NCBI GenBank assembly: GCA_018814305.1
Contig: JAHJAA010000079.1
Location: 10,130 to 74,129 of the forward strand
From: Pseudomonadota bacterium
GTDB lineage: Bacteria > Desulfobacterota > Desulfobulbia > Desulfobulbales > JAGXFP01
Reading direction: 5' to 3'
Length of the DNA stretch: 64,000 bases
Both the position numbers and the translations under genes were made by a program. Shown here piece after piece: positions 17,148 through 27,849 of the stretch (the stretch's first letter is position 1; every line of letters starts with the position of its first letter). A model generated the notes under the pieces. That model was not told the origin of the DNA and searched no databases. It saw nothing but the letters and a program-made list of their open reading frames with translations.

Positions 17148-17963
17148 GTGAAAATTCAAAAGGTCGGTATCATCATAAAGCATGATTCTCCGGAACCTCA
17201 ACGGATCGGGGAGGAAATGGTCACCTGGCTTGCCGGGCAGGGGATTTTAGGAGTCCTTGATCGGATCACTGCGGATATGGATATCCTGGTAATTCTAGGT
17301 GGGGATGGAACCCTGCTTCACGTGGCGGACCAGGCCAGTCGATTGGGAATCCCGGTGGTGGGAGTTAATCTGGGCAGTCTTGGGTTCCTCACCGAATTCG
17401 CGGTGGAAAATCGTTATGAGGCTCTGGAAAATATTATTTCAGGGCAACTGGCCATTGAAGATCGACTTATGCTGAAAGCCAGGTTGAGAAATGACCGGAT
17501 CACCACGGACTGGCTCTATGCCTTGAACGATGTGGTGGTCAGTAAAGGGAGTGTGGACCGATTGATTAAGATGGAGACCTGGGCCGACGATGAGTTTATT
17601 GCTTCATATAAGGCCGATGGGCTGATTTTTTCAACCCCCACCGGTTCAACGGCATACAATCTTTCGGCCGGTGGCCCCATAATTCATCCTGGAATGGATT
17701 CGATCATGGTCACCCCCATCTGCCCCTTTATGTTGGAAAGTAGACCGGTATTGCTGCCCTCCGCAACCAAATTGTCCACCCGGTTGGCTGGCCGGGTCAA
17801 TGATGTTAAAGTGATCGTGGACGGCCGCCCTGTCTGGGTGATGTCGAGCAAAGATTATCTCGAAGTGGAAGTAGCCGAGAAGACTCTTCGGTTGGTTGCT
17901 TCTTCCCATAAGGGGTATTTCGAGATCTTACGCAGTAAATTGAACTGGGGGGGCCGGTCTTAA
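17148..17963 (+). CDS. nadK: NAD(+) kinase
   Basis: GGDGTLL, NLGSLGFLTE and STPTGSTAYNLSAGGPI motifs. GTG start. Confidence 0.9.
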   Translation: MKIQKVGIIIKHDSPEPQRIGEEMVTWLAGQGILGVLDRITADMDILVILGGDGTLLHVADQASRLGIPVVGVNLGSLGFLTEFAVENRYEALENIISGQLAIEDRLMLKARLRNDRITTDWLYALNDVVVSKGSVDRLIKMETWADDEFIASYKADGLIFSTPTGSTAYNLSAGGPIIHPGMDSIMVTPICPFMLESRPVLLPSATKLSTRLAGRVNDVKVIVDGRPVWVMSSKDYLEVEVAEKTLRLVASSHKGYFEILRSKLNWGGRS

Positions 17964-18012
17964 TCCGCCGAAACTGTTGCTCATACTCAATTTCAAATAA
18001 CTGGCTAGTAAC

Positions 18013-19395
18013 TCAAGCCTGTTTCATAATGTCGTATTTCTTCATTTTGTACTGTAGTAAACTCTTGGTAATTCCCAGCTGATCAGCGGCGTGGGCCTGG
18101 ACCTGATTGGCATCGGTTAAGGCGTTGAGGATCAATTTTTTTTCAATGGCATCGAGAAAGTCGGGAAGGCGGTATCCGGAAGGGATCTGGTCACACTGAG
18201 CCTCCAAGGGCAGAGTGTGTCCTTGAGGTGGTGATATGTCTGTGGTGAAATCGTTCACTTCGATACACTCATCATCGCAGAGGATGGCTGCGCGCTCCAT
18301 GGTGTTCTCTAGTTCTCGGACATTGCCCGCCCAGGAAAGGCTGGTGAGGTAGCGCAGGGCCTGGTTGGATATTTTGAGATCAGGCCGATTGAGCTGGGTT
18401 GCGAATTTTGTGATGAAATGGTTGACCAGCAAGGGAATGTCGCCAGCCCGTTCCCGGAGAGGTGGAAGGTGGAGTTGGAGAACATTGAGGCGGTAGTATA
18501 GGTCTTCTCGGAAATTTCCCTGTCCCACTTCGTCCTTCAAGTCCTTATTGGTCGCAGCGATAATGCGCACATTGACTTTCATTGGTGTGCTGCTCCCGAC
18601 TCGTTCAAAGGTCCTTTCCTGAATTACCCGGAGAAGTTTGGCCTGGAGATTAAGCGGCATTTCTCCTACCTCATCCAGAAAGATTGAACCGGAATCCGCC
18701 AGTTCAAATCGGCCTTTGCGGAGAGCGGTGGCCCCGGTGAAGGCCCCCTTTTCATGACCGAAGAGTTCGCTTTCAAGGAGATGTTCGGGAAGGCCGGCGC
18801 AATTTAAGGAAATGAGCGGTGCCTCCCGCCGTTGGCTGTTAAAATGAATAGCCTTGGCGACAAGCTCTTTGCCGGTGCCGGATTCTCCGGTAATGAGAAC
18901 CGAAGCGTTAGTCGGCGCTACTTTTTCAATAAGATCAAAGAGGTAGCGAATCTTTTCATCCTTGCCGATCATGTTGCCGAATTTATATCTGGTGGAGACC
19001 TGGCTGCGGAGTCTTAAATTTTCCCGGACTAAGGAGTAATGGTCTACCGCCTTTTTTATACTGACCAGGAGTTCATCATTATTGAATGGTTTGGTCAAAT
19101 AGTTGTAGGCGCCTGCCTGCATTGCGGCGACGGCGATTTCGACTTCACCAAATGCGGTGATCATGATCACCGGAAGTTCCTGGTTGAATATCTTCAATTC
19201 CTTGAGCAGCTCCATACCGCTCATTCCCGGCATACGCATGTCGGTGATCACTAGATCAAGATCGGTTTCCTTGATGGTTTCCATGGCCTTTTCGCCGCAG
19301 TCAGCGGTAAAGACTTCATACCCCTCATCCTGCAAAAGTTCTGAGAGAATGAGGCGATAGTTCGGTTCGTCATCGACAATGAGTACAGTTTGCAT
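18013..19395 (-). CDS. sigma-54-dependent response regulator (NtrC/AtoC family: REC - AAA+ - Fis HTH)
   Basis: REC domain (VLIVDDEP...DLVITDMRMPGMSG), AAA+ domain (GESGTGKE, GAFTGA loop, ESELFGHEKGAFTGA) and a C-terminal HTH. Start placed at ATG 19395 (MQTVLIVDD). Confidence 0.9.
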   Translation of the reverse strand: MQTVLIVDDEPNYRLILSELLQDEGYEVFTADCGEKAMETIKETDLDLVITDMRMPGMSGMELLKELKIFNQELPVIMITAFGEVEIAVAAMQAGAYNYLTKPFNNDELLVSIKKAVDHYSLVRENLRLRSQVSTRYKFGNMIGKDEKIRYLFDLIEKVAPTNASVLITGESGTGKELVAKAIHFNSQRREAPLISLNCAGLPEHLLESELFGHEKGAFTGATALRKGRFELADSGSIFLDEVGEMPLNLQAKLLRVIQERTFERVGSSTPMKVNVRIIAATNKDLKDEVGQGNFREDLYYRLNVLQLHLPPLRERAGDIPLLVNHFITKFATQLNRPDLKISNQALRYLTSLSWAGNVRELENTMERAAILCDDECIEVNDFTTDISPPQGHTLPLEAQCDQIPSGYRLPDFLDAIEKKLILNALTDANQVQAHAADQLGITKSLLQYKMKKYDIMKQA

Positions 19396-19494
19396 ATTCG
19401 GGCTCTCAAAAATAAAGAAGGTCGCCAAGGAACGGTTGGTCAGGAGAGACTTTCAACCGTTTTCAATTTATAGTTCCATGAGCAACATCATACG

Positions 19495-20406
19495 TCAGAC
19501 CTGTGTATTCGGCAAGGTCTGCAAGGAGGAGGGGGCATGGTCGGGACTTTTTTCGGCCAATCGGTCTTTTAATTTTTGAAATAGAGTATAGGGGACTTGG
19601 GGCATTACCGGTCGCCCCCCCAGCCGGATTTGCTTCATGTTGCCGTGAAAGTCGCTTCCACCTGTTACCAGGAGATGGAACTCCCCGGCTATCTCAATGA
19701 GCTGCCGATTGAGTGTTGTAGAGTGTCCCGGATAAATTGCTTCAATGCCTGCGAGTCCGTGGGACGTGAGCTGTTCAATCGTTTTACGGATCGAACTTGC
19801 TTTGTTGACCACTGCTCCTGGGTGGGCTAGAACCGGCAGGCCCCCAGCGTTCTTGACGATTCGGATAGCTTCGCTTGCCGGGAATCGTACCGTTTGCACC
19901 CAGGCTTTGCCGTTTTTCTTGAGATAGCGGTCAAATGCCTGATCAAAAGTTTTGACGATTCCTTTCCGGATAAGCAGTTGAGCAATATGGGGGCGTCCAA
20001 TGAGGCCTCGACTAATTGCCTGTAAATCATCATCTGAAATGATGATTCTTTGTTCGGCCAGGCGGGCGAGAATCTTTTGGTTACGAGTCGTACGAATTTC
20101 CTGGAGATCCCTGATCAGGCCGTTTAAGTCAGGGTCATGACCTGGTACCCCATAACCGAGAATATGAACGGAATTTCCTTCATGACTGGCGCTGATTTCA
20201 ATTCCGCTCATCACTTCAATGTTCATCAGGTGTCCAGCGGCTTGGGCTTCTTCAACGCCGGCCAAGGTGTCGTGGTCGGTCAAGGAGATTGCCGCAAGAC
20301 CAACCCGCACGGCCTCAGAAACAAGTTCTGTCGGGCCGAAAGTTCCATCGGAATAGCTGGAATGGGTATGGAGGTCAACGGTTCTCATCAGAGGTTTTTG
20401 GCTCAA
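19495..20406 (-). CDS. PHP-domain phosphoesterase (TrpH/YciV, RNase AM-like)
   Basis: VDLHTHSSYSDGT, SLTDHDT, LAHPG and GGSDFHG are PHP-family metal-binding motifs. Confidence 0.8.
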   Translation of the reverse strand: MSQKPLMRTVDLHTHSSYSDGTFGPTELVSEAVRVGLAAISLTDHDTLAGVEEAQAAGHLMNIEVMSGIEISASHEGNSVHILGYGVPGHDPDLNGLIRDLQEIRTTRNQKILARLAEQRIIISDDDLQAISRGLIGRPHIAQLLIRKGIVKTFDQAFDRYLKKNGKAWVQTVRFPASEAIRIVKNAGGLPVLAHPGAVVNKASSIRKTIEQLTSHGLAGIEAIYPGHSTTLNRQLIEIAGEFHLLVTGGSDFHGNMKQIRLGGRPVMPQVPYTLFQKLKDRLAEKSPDHAPSSLQTLPNTQV

Positions 20407-20839
20407 TATCAGGCTTCGCGGCAGGGCCGGGATTTAATAATGTATCTGTGGGCCGCAAGCAGGAAACGGATAACCGTTGTGCGGACAACTTAAGGAGTAA
20501 GCAGATCGGGCCGACAGGATAAGGATAAAAGAAGAAAAACTTTTCTTTTTTTTGAAATAATGTCCAACTGTGAGGACCATACTAATCAATTTTCTGAGCT
20601 GATGGAACAATGATGGTGACTTTTTCTGGGAATAACATAATTATATATTTTACTGCATTGTTGGGCGGGCCCTTTTTTTGCCGGGGTGATAATTGACTTT
20701 GATTATTTTTTTTAAAAGTGATTTGTTTGCGGTATGATACGGATCTGGGCTTGATATGATTTTTCCTGAGCCCATGGTGATTACGTGCTTTCCGTTTGAT
20801 TCCTGATTTGGCTGCCTGATGGTTTAAGGAGGAGTTTCA

Positions 20840-21922
20840 ATGGCACAGATAGATGCTTTTTTTAAGTTGATGAACGAGCAAGGGGCTTCCGACCTTCATA
20901 TGGTGGCTGGCCAACAACCGTTGTTGAGGATCCGGGGCGACATGGAACGGATTCGCTATAACGTGATGGAGAATGACGGCCTGAAATCAATGCTCTATGA
21001 GATTATCTCTGAAGAAAAGATTAAACTGTTTGAAGAAACCGGCGACATCGATTTTGGCTATGAGATTCCAGGTCTGGCTCGGTATCGGGGAAATCTCTTT
21101 CAACAGAAATATGGGATAGGTTCGGTATTTAGGGAGATTCCCAGTACGATTATGACGTGCCAGGATTTGAACCTGCCCAAGGTAATCTCCAAACTATCCA
21201 TGTTACCAAAGGGAATGGTTCTGGTCACCGGACCGACCGGTAGCGGAAAGTCAACCACCTTGGCCGCCATCGTCGATGAGGCCAACAAGCTCCGTAAGGA
21301 TCATATCATTACGGTCGAAGATCCCATTGAATTCGTCCATAAAAGCCAGAACTGTATCGTGAATCATCGTGAGGTCGGGACCCATACCAAGTCCTTTTCA
21401 TCCGCACTGCGTGGTGCTTTACGCGAGGATCCCGATATTATTCTAGTTGGTGAGATGAGGGATCTTGAAACCATCTCCCTGGCCATGGAAGCAGCAATGA
21501 CCGGGCATCTCGTCTTCGGGACCTTGCATACCTTGAATGCCTCAAAGACTGTGGATCGTATTATCGAAATTTTCCCCGCCAATCAACAGGCTCAGGTGCG
21601 GTCGACGTTGGCCGATTCTTTGCGGGCGGTGGTCTCCCAAACCCTTTTTAAGCGGATTGATGTGAAGGGGCGGTGTCCGGCCCTGGAGATTCTGATCTGT
21701 ACCCCTGCTGTGCGAAATCTGGTTCGGGAAGGGAAAACCTATCAGCTTCCTTCTGTTATGCAGACCGGTAAAAAGTACGGGATGCAGACCATGGATGATG
21801 CCATTATGGATATGTTGCAGAAGAGGTGGATTTCCCCGGAAGATGCCTACACCAACAGTATTGACAAGACCAAATTCATCTCATACCTGAGGAAACCGCC
21901 GGCTGATTTCACAGAAGTTTAG
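20840..21922 (+). CDS. pilT: type IV pilus retraction ATPase PilT
   Basis: GASDLHM, Walker A GPTGSGKST, the Asp box, Walker B ILVGEMRD, and the AIRNLIREGK-like motif (AVRNLVREGK). Confidence 0.9.
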   Translation: MAQIDAFFKLMNEQGASDLHMVAGQQPLLRIRGDMERIRYNVMENDGLKSMLYEIISEEKIKLFEETGDIDFGYEIPGLARYRGNLFQQKYGIGSVFREIPSTIMTCQDLNLPKVISKLSMLPKGMVLVTGPTGSGKSTTLAAIVDEANKLRKDHIITVEDPIEFVHKSQNCIVNHREVGTHTKSFSSALRGALREDPDIILVGEMRDLETISLAMEAAMTGHLVFGTLHTLNASKTVDRIIEIFPANQQAQVRSTLADSLRAVVSQTLFKRIDVKGRCPALEILICTPAVRNLVREGKTYQLPSVMQTGKKYGMQTMDDAIMDMLQKRWISPEDAYTNSIDKTKFISYLRKPPADFTEV

Positions 21923-22088
21923 CCGTTCCCTCTGGAGCAATCCGAGAGCAGAGTAAAGGCTGGGTTAAGCTTCCCTCTCGGGGGTGCATTATTCCCAGGG
22001 CTCCGGCATAGTCAACAAAACCGCTGGTTTTATGGAGCCCTTCCGGTGTTCTGGCAAGGGTTACATAATTCAAAATCTGCACTTGCCC

Positions 22089-24581
22089 TTAGGACCCTGG
22101 ATTATTCCCCATCGCACCCTTTCTACCAAGTCTGGTCCATTCCAATCCCGATGAGGTAATCCGGCAGGCTACCGTCCCATCGATAGCCGTATTGAACATT
22201 CGGATATTCCGTGATAGGCCTTGATTCAAGAGTTCCTGATCGGGAAAAACATCCTTGGAAAAAGTCCCGGCTGAAACCACCACTGTTTGAGGAGAAATCT
22301 TTTCCATCAGAAGGTTTGAGGCCGAGGTCCGTCCGCCATGGTGGGGTGCCAACAGTACCTCACATTGAAGATCTGGATAGGTGCGTAGAAGATGTTCGCC
22401 AACCCTAACCATAATATCACCCGGGAACAAGATTGATCCCTTGACGGTGGTGAGGCGGATGACCAGGCTGCGATCGTTTTCAGTTGGCTGCTCATCTGAA
22501 GCATTGACCGGGCCAAGTAAGACTTCGAGCCGGTTTCCGGTGGTGTTGACGAGGGTTGTTCCGGCAGGAGGCGATTCAATGTGAATGCCTAGGCCCCTGG
22601 CCTTCTCCAGCAATGTGGTCAATGCCGACACTTCCGTTTGGGTGGCGTTGGTCCAGATGTTTGCTGGGTGAAATTGGTCGATAATAAAGTTGAGACCGTT
22701 GATGTGGTCGGCATGGGCATGGGTAATCACCAAGCCGTCCAGGTGGCTGATCCCACGGGTCCAGAGAAAAGGTCCGATCACCTCTCGACCAGGGTTGAAG
22801 CGGTCTGATCCTGAACCGCCTCCATCGATCAAGATGGCTCGATGATCCGGAAATTCGATGAGGGTTGAACTCCCTTGACCCACATCGATAAAACTGACCG
22901 TTGTCGCTTGTTCGTCTCGAAGGGTCTTGAGGATACCGAAGGCTGGAGATGCCAACAGAAAGATCATGGCCACGGCCATGAATGCTCCCCGTTGTGGGAG
23001 TTTCTTCCAGAATGTCAGCGTTGCGATGATCAGGTAAAAGCCAATGATTTGGGGGATTGTTGGAGGGGGTATAATAAGTGCACTTCCCGGAAGGTCCGCG
23101 AAGAAGTGGGCGAGGTGAGTGGCGCCTGTTATCCCGAGGGAGCCAACTTGGAGGAGTGTTTCAGCTGCTCCCGGAAAAGGCCCCATGAGCAGACAGGAGA
23201 AAAGCCCCATGGGGAGAGCCCAGAAACAGATCAGCGGTGCGGCCAGTAGGGTGGCTGGTGGTCCGGAGAGGGAGATTTGGTGGAAATGTTTCAGGACAAG
23301 GGGGGCGGTTCCAACCCAGGCGGCACACGAAATGGCAAGGCTGTTGCATACCCAGGTCAAGGCTCGTCGGGTTGGGGTTGCGGAGAACGTCGGGTTCGAG
23401 TTGAACTTTCGTAAGGGTTCTCCCAGCATGAGAATCGCCAATACTGCGAAAAATGAAAGCTGGAATGAGGCGGTGAAAAGTGACCCGGGGTCACCGATCA
23501 GGATCAGGAGAGCGGCTAAAGCCAAAGCGTTAATGGCCATGTTGAGTCGATCCATAAGGAGTGCGATGATCATGGTTGCCGCCATCAGATAGGCCCTGGT
23601 TGCCGGTGGATTGAGCCCGGCGATGAGGAGATAGGCGGTGAGAATAATCAGGGATGATGAGGCTGCGATTTTCCGGGCCGGCCAGCGCAAAAGCAGGGAA
23701 GGGAACAGCTTGGCCAGATTAATGACGAAAAGACCGCAGATTAAGGCCAGCAGACCCATGTGGGTCCCCGAAATTGCCAGTAGATGGACGATCCCGGCAT
23801 TTTGATACGTTTTGAAAATCGGCAAGGGGATCGATTGTTTTTCGCCAGTAAGAATTGCCTGGTATATCCCGGTTTCAGCGGCGGTGAGACTGGACCCGGC
23901 CAGAAAAACATTAATTTTTCTTCGACCGAATTCGGGAAGAATTCGGATTTTGTCCCAGAATGAAGTGGATGTCACGTCTACTCGGACAAGATCATTTGAT
24001 GTTCTTACCCAACCGGTTATCCAGATGTTCCTGTCGGCAAGGTATTGGCGGAAGTCGAAACCTCCGGGAGTACCAGGGGGGGCGACTCGTGATAACGAGG
24101 CTCTGGCCATGAGACGATCCCCGGGGATTGACATTTCCCGAGGGTCAAATGGCATGCTTAATCGGATCAGTCCGGAGGTTTGGTGCTGGGAGCCATCCGC
24201 CAGAATGATTTGCTCAACATTGATCAGGGTGCGTCCTTTGTTCCCATCGAATGAAGGTGCCTTGGTTACTTTTCCGATAATGGAGGCTTCTGTGCGAATT
24301 TGAATCTGATTATAAATGTGGGAAGGGGCAGACGGGGGACCGATTTTGGCGATCTGAATTAAGCCGGCCAGGAAGAAGAGTGGAAAGAGGCAAGAGAAGA
24401 TGAATGCCGGACGCTTTTTGAAGGCGATGGCCCAAAGGAGGACCACGATTGCCGCCATCGGAAACCAGCGGGAAAACTCAATTCCCGAGAGGTGTCTCCC
24501 CGTGGCGATACCTGCCGCAAATAGGATTGCGGCGCATGCCAAGGGGAAACGATGGAACCATCTGGTTGGGATGAAACGCAT
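22089..24581 (-). CDS. comEC: DNA internalization competence protein ComEC/Rec2 (with C-terminal metallo-beta-lactamase domain)
   Basis: 830 aa. Polytopic competence domain (HLLAISGTHMGLL) plus an MBL domain (VITHAHADHINGL, LAPHHG). Confidence 0.85.
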   Translation of the reverse strand: MRFIPTRWFHRFPLACAAILFAAGIATGRHLSGIEFSRWFPMAAIVVLLWAIAFKKRPAFIFSCLFPLFFLAGLIQIAKIGPPSAPSHIYNQIQIRTEASIIGKVTKAPSFDGNKGRTLINVEQIILADGSQHQTSGLIRLSMPFDPREMSIPGDRLMARASLSRVAPPGTPGGFDFRQYLADRNIWITGWVRTSNDLVRVDVTSTSFWDKIRILPEFGRRKINVFLAGSSLTAAETGIYQAILTGEKQSIPLPIFKTYQNAGIVHLLAISGTHMGLLALICGLFVINLAKLFPSLLLRWPARKIAASSSLIILTAYLLIAGLNPPATRAYLMAATMIIALLMDRLNMAINALALAALLILIGDPGSLFTASFQLSFFAVLAILMLGEPLRKFNSNPTFSATPTRRALTWVCNSLAISCAAWVGTAPLVLKHFHQISLSGPPATLLAAPLICFWALPMGLFSCLLMGPFPGAAETLLQVGSLGITGATHLAHFFADLPGSALIIPPPTIPQIIGFYLIIATLTFWKKLPQRGAFMAVAMIFLLASPAFGILKTLRDEQATTVSFIDVGQGSSTLIEFPDHRAILIDGGGSGSDRFNPGREVIGPFLWTRGISHLDGLVITHAHADHINGLNFIIDQFHPANIWTNATQTEVSALTTLLEKARGLGIHIESPPAGTTLVNTTGNRLEVLLGPVNASDEQPTENDRSLVIRLTTVKGSILFPGDIMVRVGEHLLRTYPDLQCEVLLAPHHGGRTSASNLLMEKISPQTVVVSAGTFSKDVFPDQELLNQGLSRNIRMFNTAIDGTVACRITSSGLEWTRLGRKGAMGNNPGS

Positions 24582-24680
24582 CGCTTCCTCTGGCTGTTGC
24601 GAGAAGTTGACAGGTGCGATAAACCAAAAAAGAATAAAAAAGTGTTCTGCCGGAGGTGGGCCGTTTCTAATTGAGGGTGA

Positions 24681-26036
24681 TCAATCAAGAAAATGCTTAA
24701 GGCGCTCACGGCGGCTTGAATGGCGTAACCGATTTAAGGCCTTTTTCTCAATCTGGCGGATTCTTTCCCGGGAAACATTGAACCGTTTGCCGATCTCTTC
24801 CAGGGTGTATTCGGCGTTTTCACCGATCCCAAAGCGAAGGCGAATGATCTTCTCTTCTCGTGGACTGAGGGTTGCCAAGATTCCGGTAACCCGTTCGGCG
24901 AGTTCCTGGTTTTTAACCGCTTCGTATGGTGCCACTGACTCCTGGTTTTCCAGAAAGTCACCCAGGGTGCTGTCATCATCGCCAACCGGGGTCTCCAGAG
25001 AAATAGGTTCTCTGGATGCCTCAAGAATGGCCAGGATTTTGTCCATGGGCAGACCGGTTTTTTCAGAGATCTCAATGGGCGTTGGTTCTCTTCCCAATTC
25101 TTTGAGTAGTGAATAGAATGCCTTGAAAAACTGGCTCCTCAACTCCAAAAAGTGAACAGGGAGCCTGATGGTTCTGGTCTTATCAAGGATTGCCCGAGTG
25201 ATGGCCTGCCGGATCCACCAACTGGCATAGGTGCTGAATTTGTTGCCCTTGGTATAATCAAAACGAAAAACGGCCCGCATGAGACCGAGATTCCCTTCCT
25301 GGATCAGGTCGGCCAAGGTTAATCCTTGGTGCATGTACCGTTTGGCAATACTTACCACCAGCCGCAAGTTTGCCTTAATCATGGCGTCTTTGGCCTGCTC
25401 TATGGAGCGGCCATACATTTTGATTTTGTATTTGAGCTCTTGTAGATTTGTGGTGTCTGGATTCTGATCACAACAATTACAGACTGCGTTGGTCATAAAG
25501 TTGAGGTGCTGTTTTTTGGGCTTTAATGTCGGGTCTCTTTTTTCCCAGAGAGCAATTTTGTCGACCAGAACGGTGAGCTCCAGCAGCTGGGTATCCTCAC
25601 TGCGGATTGCCAGAATGATAGCATCAAATCCCTGACGAATCGCTTTGCTGTATTTTTCCTCTTCTTCCGGGGTGAGCAGTTCGAACTGGCCCATTTCGCG
25701 GAGATAGGTAGTGGTTGTTTCTTCTATTTCCTGAGAATCGTCTTCTTTACTGCCGAGGACAGGTTCCAGGGCGTCTTCGCCGGGAATGGGAGGTTCGGTT
25801 TCAAGGGATTTTGCCTGGTCATCGGAGTCATCTTGGGAGTCATCGTTCTCAACCTGTCTTCTCGACAGCTCTTCCTCGCTGATGATCGTGATATTGTGTT
25901 TGCTGAGGAATTCGAATATATCGTCAATGTATTCGGGATTTTTTTCTTCGGGGATCAGGTCGTTGAGGACAGCAATAGAGATATATCCTTCGGCTTGGCC
26001 GATTTCCAACAGTTTGTTTTTGATCTCTTTCGACAC
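24681..26036 (-). CDS. rpoD: RNA polymerase sigma-70 family factor, RpoD-like (group 1/2), 451 aa
   Basis: Region 1.2 (YLREMGQFELLTPEEE), region 2 (ANLRLVVSIAKRY...LIQEGNLGLMRAV.RFDYTKGNKFSTYASWWIRQAITRAI), and regions 3 and 4 (LEEIGKRFNVSRERIRQIE). It is shorter than typical primary sigma factors. Confidence 0.85.
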   Translation of the reverse strand: MSKEIKNKLLEIGQAEGYISIAVLNDLIPEEKNPEYIDDIFEFLSKHNITIISEEELSRRQVENDDSQDDSDDQAKSLETEPPIPGEDALEPVLGSKEDDSQEIEETTTTYLREMGQFELLTPEEEEKYSKAIRQGFDAIILAIRSEDTQLLELTVLVDKIALWEKRDPTLKPKKQHLNFMTNAVCNCCDQNPDTTNLQELKYKIKMYGRSIEQAKDAMIKANLRLVVSIAKRYMHQGLTLADLIQEGNLGLMRAVFRFDYTKGNKFSTYASWWIRQAITRAILDKTRTIRLPVHFLELRSQFFKAFYSLLKELGREPTPIEISEKTGLPMDKILAILEASREPISLETPVGDDDSTLGDFLENQESVAPYEAVKNQELAERVTGILATLSPREEKIIRLRFGIGENAEYTLEEIGKRFNVSRERIRQIEKKALNRLRHSSRRERLKHFLD

Positions 26037-26251
26037 GTTTGGGACTCCCTTCAGGGCAATGGGGAACTATGATGGTTGATGGTAAAGAACTTCATATAGT
26101 ATAATAATTATTATATATTGGCAAGGCGATTTGCTGATATGTTTTAATGTTTTTGTTTCGGAGGGCGGCTTTTCATTGAGAAAACAGGTGGGAAAGATGC
26201 TCGGTAAAAGGGCTAAAGCAGTTACGAAAATTTGAAACGTTAGGAGCTTTT

Positions 26252-27790
26252 ATGGATTTTTCAAGGGGAAGCGGTATCCTCCTGCATATTACATCGCTGC
26301 CGGGGCCTTATGGTATTGGTACTCTTGGTCGATCGGCCCTGGAATTTATTGATTTTTTGGCTGATGCCGGCCAACGATATTGGCAGATTCTGCCAAGTGG
26401 TCCCACCTCCGGTTTTCTGGGACATTCGCCATACATGAACTTTTCAGCATTTGCAGGCAATCCTCTCATAATATGCCTTGATTGGCTTGAGGAGAAGGGA
26501 TGGCTGGATAAGGATCATTTGTTGCGGGCGGAGGAATTCTCTGAATATTTTGTCGAGTTTGATAAGGTTGTTGCATTTCATTATTCCATGCTCGAATTAG
26601 CCTTTCAGGGGTTTTGTCGCCAGCATATATCTTATGCCTATGGAGAGTTCCTTCAACGTGAAGGCTATTGGCTCAATGATTACGCCCTGTTTATGGCGTT
26701 TCGAGAAGAGTCCGGTGGTCTTCCCTGGAATCGGTGGCCTCATTCCATAGCCAAAGGGGATCCCGCGGCTATGGTGGCCGCCCATCTTAGACTTTCTGAC
26801 CGCATTGCATTTCATCAGTTTGTCCAATATTGTTTTGATCTACAGTGGGACGAAATGAAGAATCATGCGGGGGAAAGGGGGGTGCTCTTGATCGGTGATA
26901 TGCCGATTTATGTTGGATTTGACAGCGTTGATGTTTGGGCGAATCAAGGCAATTATCGTTTGGATTATTCCTGTCTAGAGCCCACCCATGTTGCTGGAGT
27001 TCCTCCGGATTATTTCAGTGAAACCGGACAGCGATGGGGAAATCCTCTCTATCGGTGGACCCTTGCTGAGGAAGAGATGACTACTCCCCTCTATGGGTGG
27101 TGGGAGAAGCGGTTCTTGCGGATGCTTGGTCAGGTTGATGTCTGCCGGATCGACCATTTCCGAGGCTTCGAGTCGTATTGGGAGATTCCAGCTGAAGAAG
27201 AAACCGCTATGAATGGCGAATGGGTCAAGGGGCCCGGATCTTTCTTTTTTGAATGGATGCGTCGGCAATTAGGGGAACTCCCGATCATTGCCGAGGATCT
27301 TGGGATTATTACCAAAGAAGTCACCGCGTTGCGGCGGAAATTGGGCTTTCCGGGAATGAAGATTCTTCAATTTGCCTTTGAATCGGATGAGACCAATGAC
27401 TATTTACCCCATAATTTTCATTCTGAGAATTGTGTGGTTTACACGGGCACCCATGATAATAATACGACGCTTGGTTGGTTCATGGGCGAGACGCTTACGG
27501 CCTCGGTTCGGGAGAGGATTTGTCGTTATCTCCAGTCGGATGGTCACCAGGTCAGTCGTCAGATGATCCGGCTCGCGCTTTCGTCTGTTGCCAAGGTTGC
27601 CCTTTTTCCCATGCAAGATCTCCTTGGGTTCGGCGAAGACTGTCGGATGAACACCCCCGGAACCAGCGAAGGGAATTGGCAGTGGCGCTGTGCGGGTCGT
27701 TTTTTTGATTCGGAGGTCAAGGACTGGTTGAGGGGTGAGACAGAATTTTATAATCGGCTGAAACCATCAAAGACGATCACGGTTGCATGA
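26252..27790 (+). CDS. malQ: 4-alpha-glucanotransferase (amylomaltase)
   Basis: RGSGILLHITSLPG, IGDMPIYV, RIDHFRGF, IAEDLG and YTGTHDN are canonical GH77 motifs. Confidence 0.9.
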   Translation: MDFSRGSGILLHITSLPGPYGIGTLGRSALEFIDFLADAGQRYWQILPSGPTSGFLGHSPYMNFSAFAGNPLIICLDWLEEKGWLDKDHLLRAEEFSEYFVEFDKVVAFHYSMLELAFQGFCRQHISYAYGEFLQREGYWLNDYALFMAFREESGGLPWNRWPHSIAKGDPAAMVAAHLRLSDRIAFHQFVQYCFDLQWDEMKNHAGERGVLLIGDMPIYVGFDSVDVWANQGNYRLDYSCLEPTHVAGVPPDYFSETGQRWGNPLYRWTLAEEEMTTPLYGWWEKRFLRMLGQVDVCRIDHFRGFESYWEIPAEEETAMNGEWVKGPGSFFFEWMRRQLGELPIIAEDLGIITKEVTALRRKLGFPGMKILQFAFESDETNDYLPHNFHSENCVVYTGTHDNNTTLGWFMGETLTASVRERICRYLQSDGHQVSRQMIRLALSSVAKVALFPMQDLLGFGEDCRMNTPGTSEGNWQWRCAGRFFDSEVKDWLRGETEFYNRLKPSKTITVA

Positions 27791-27849
27791 AATAAATTAT
27801 GGTGGCGGCGAAACGATTTTTGGGAAAGGGAATATTAAGAGGAAAGTTC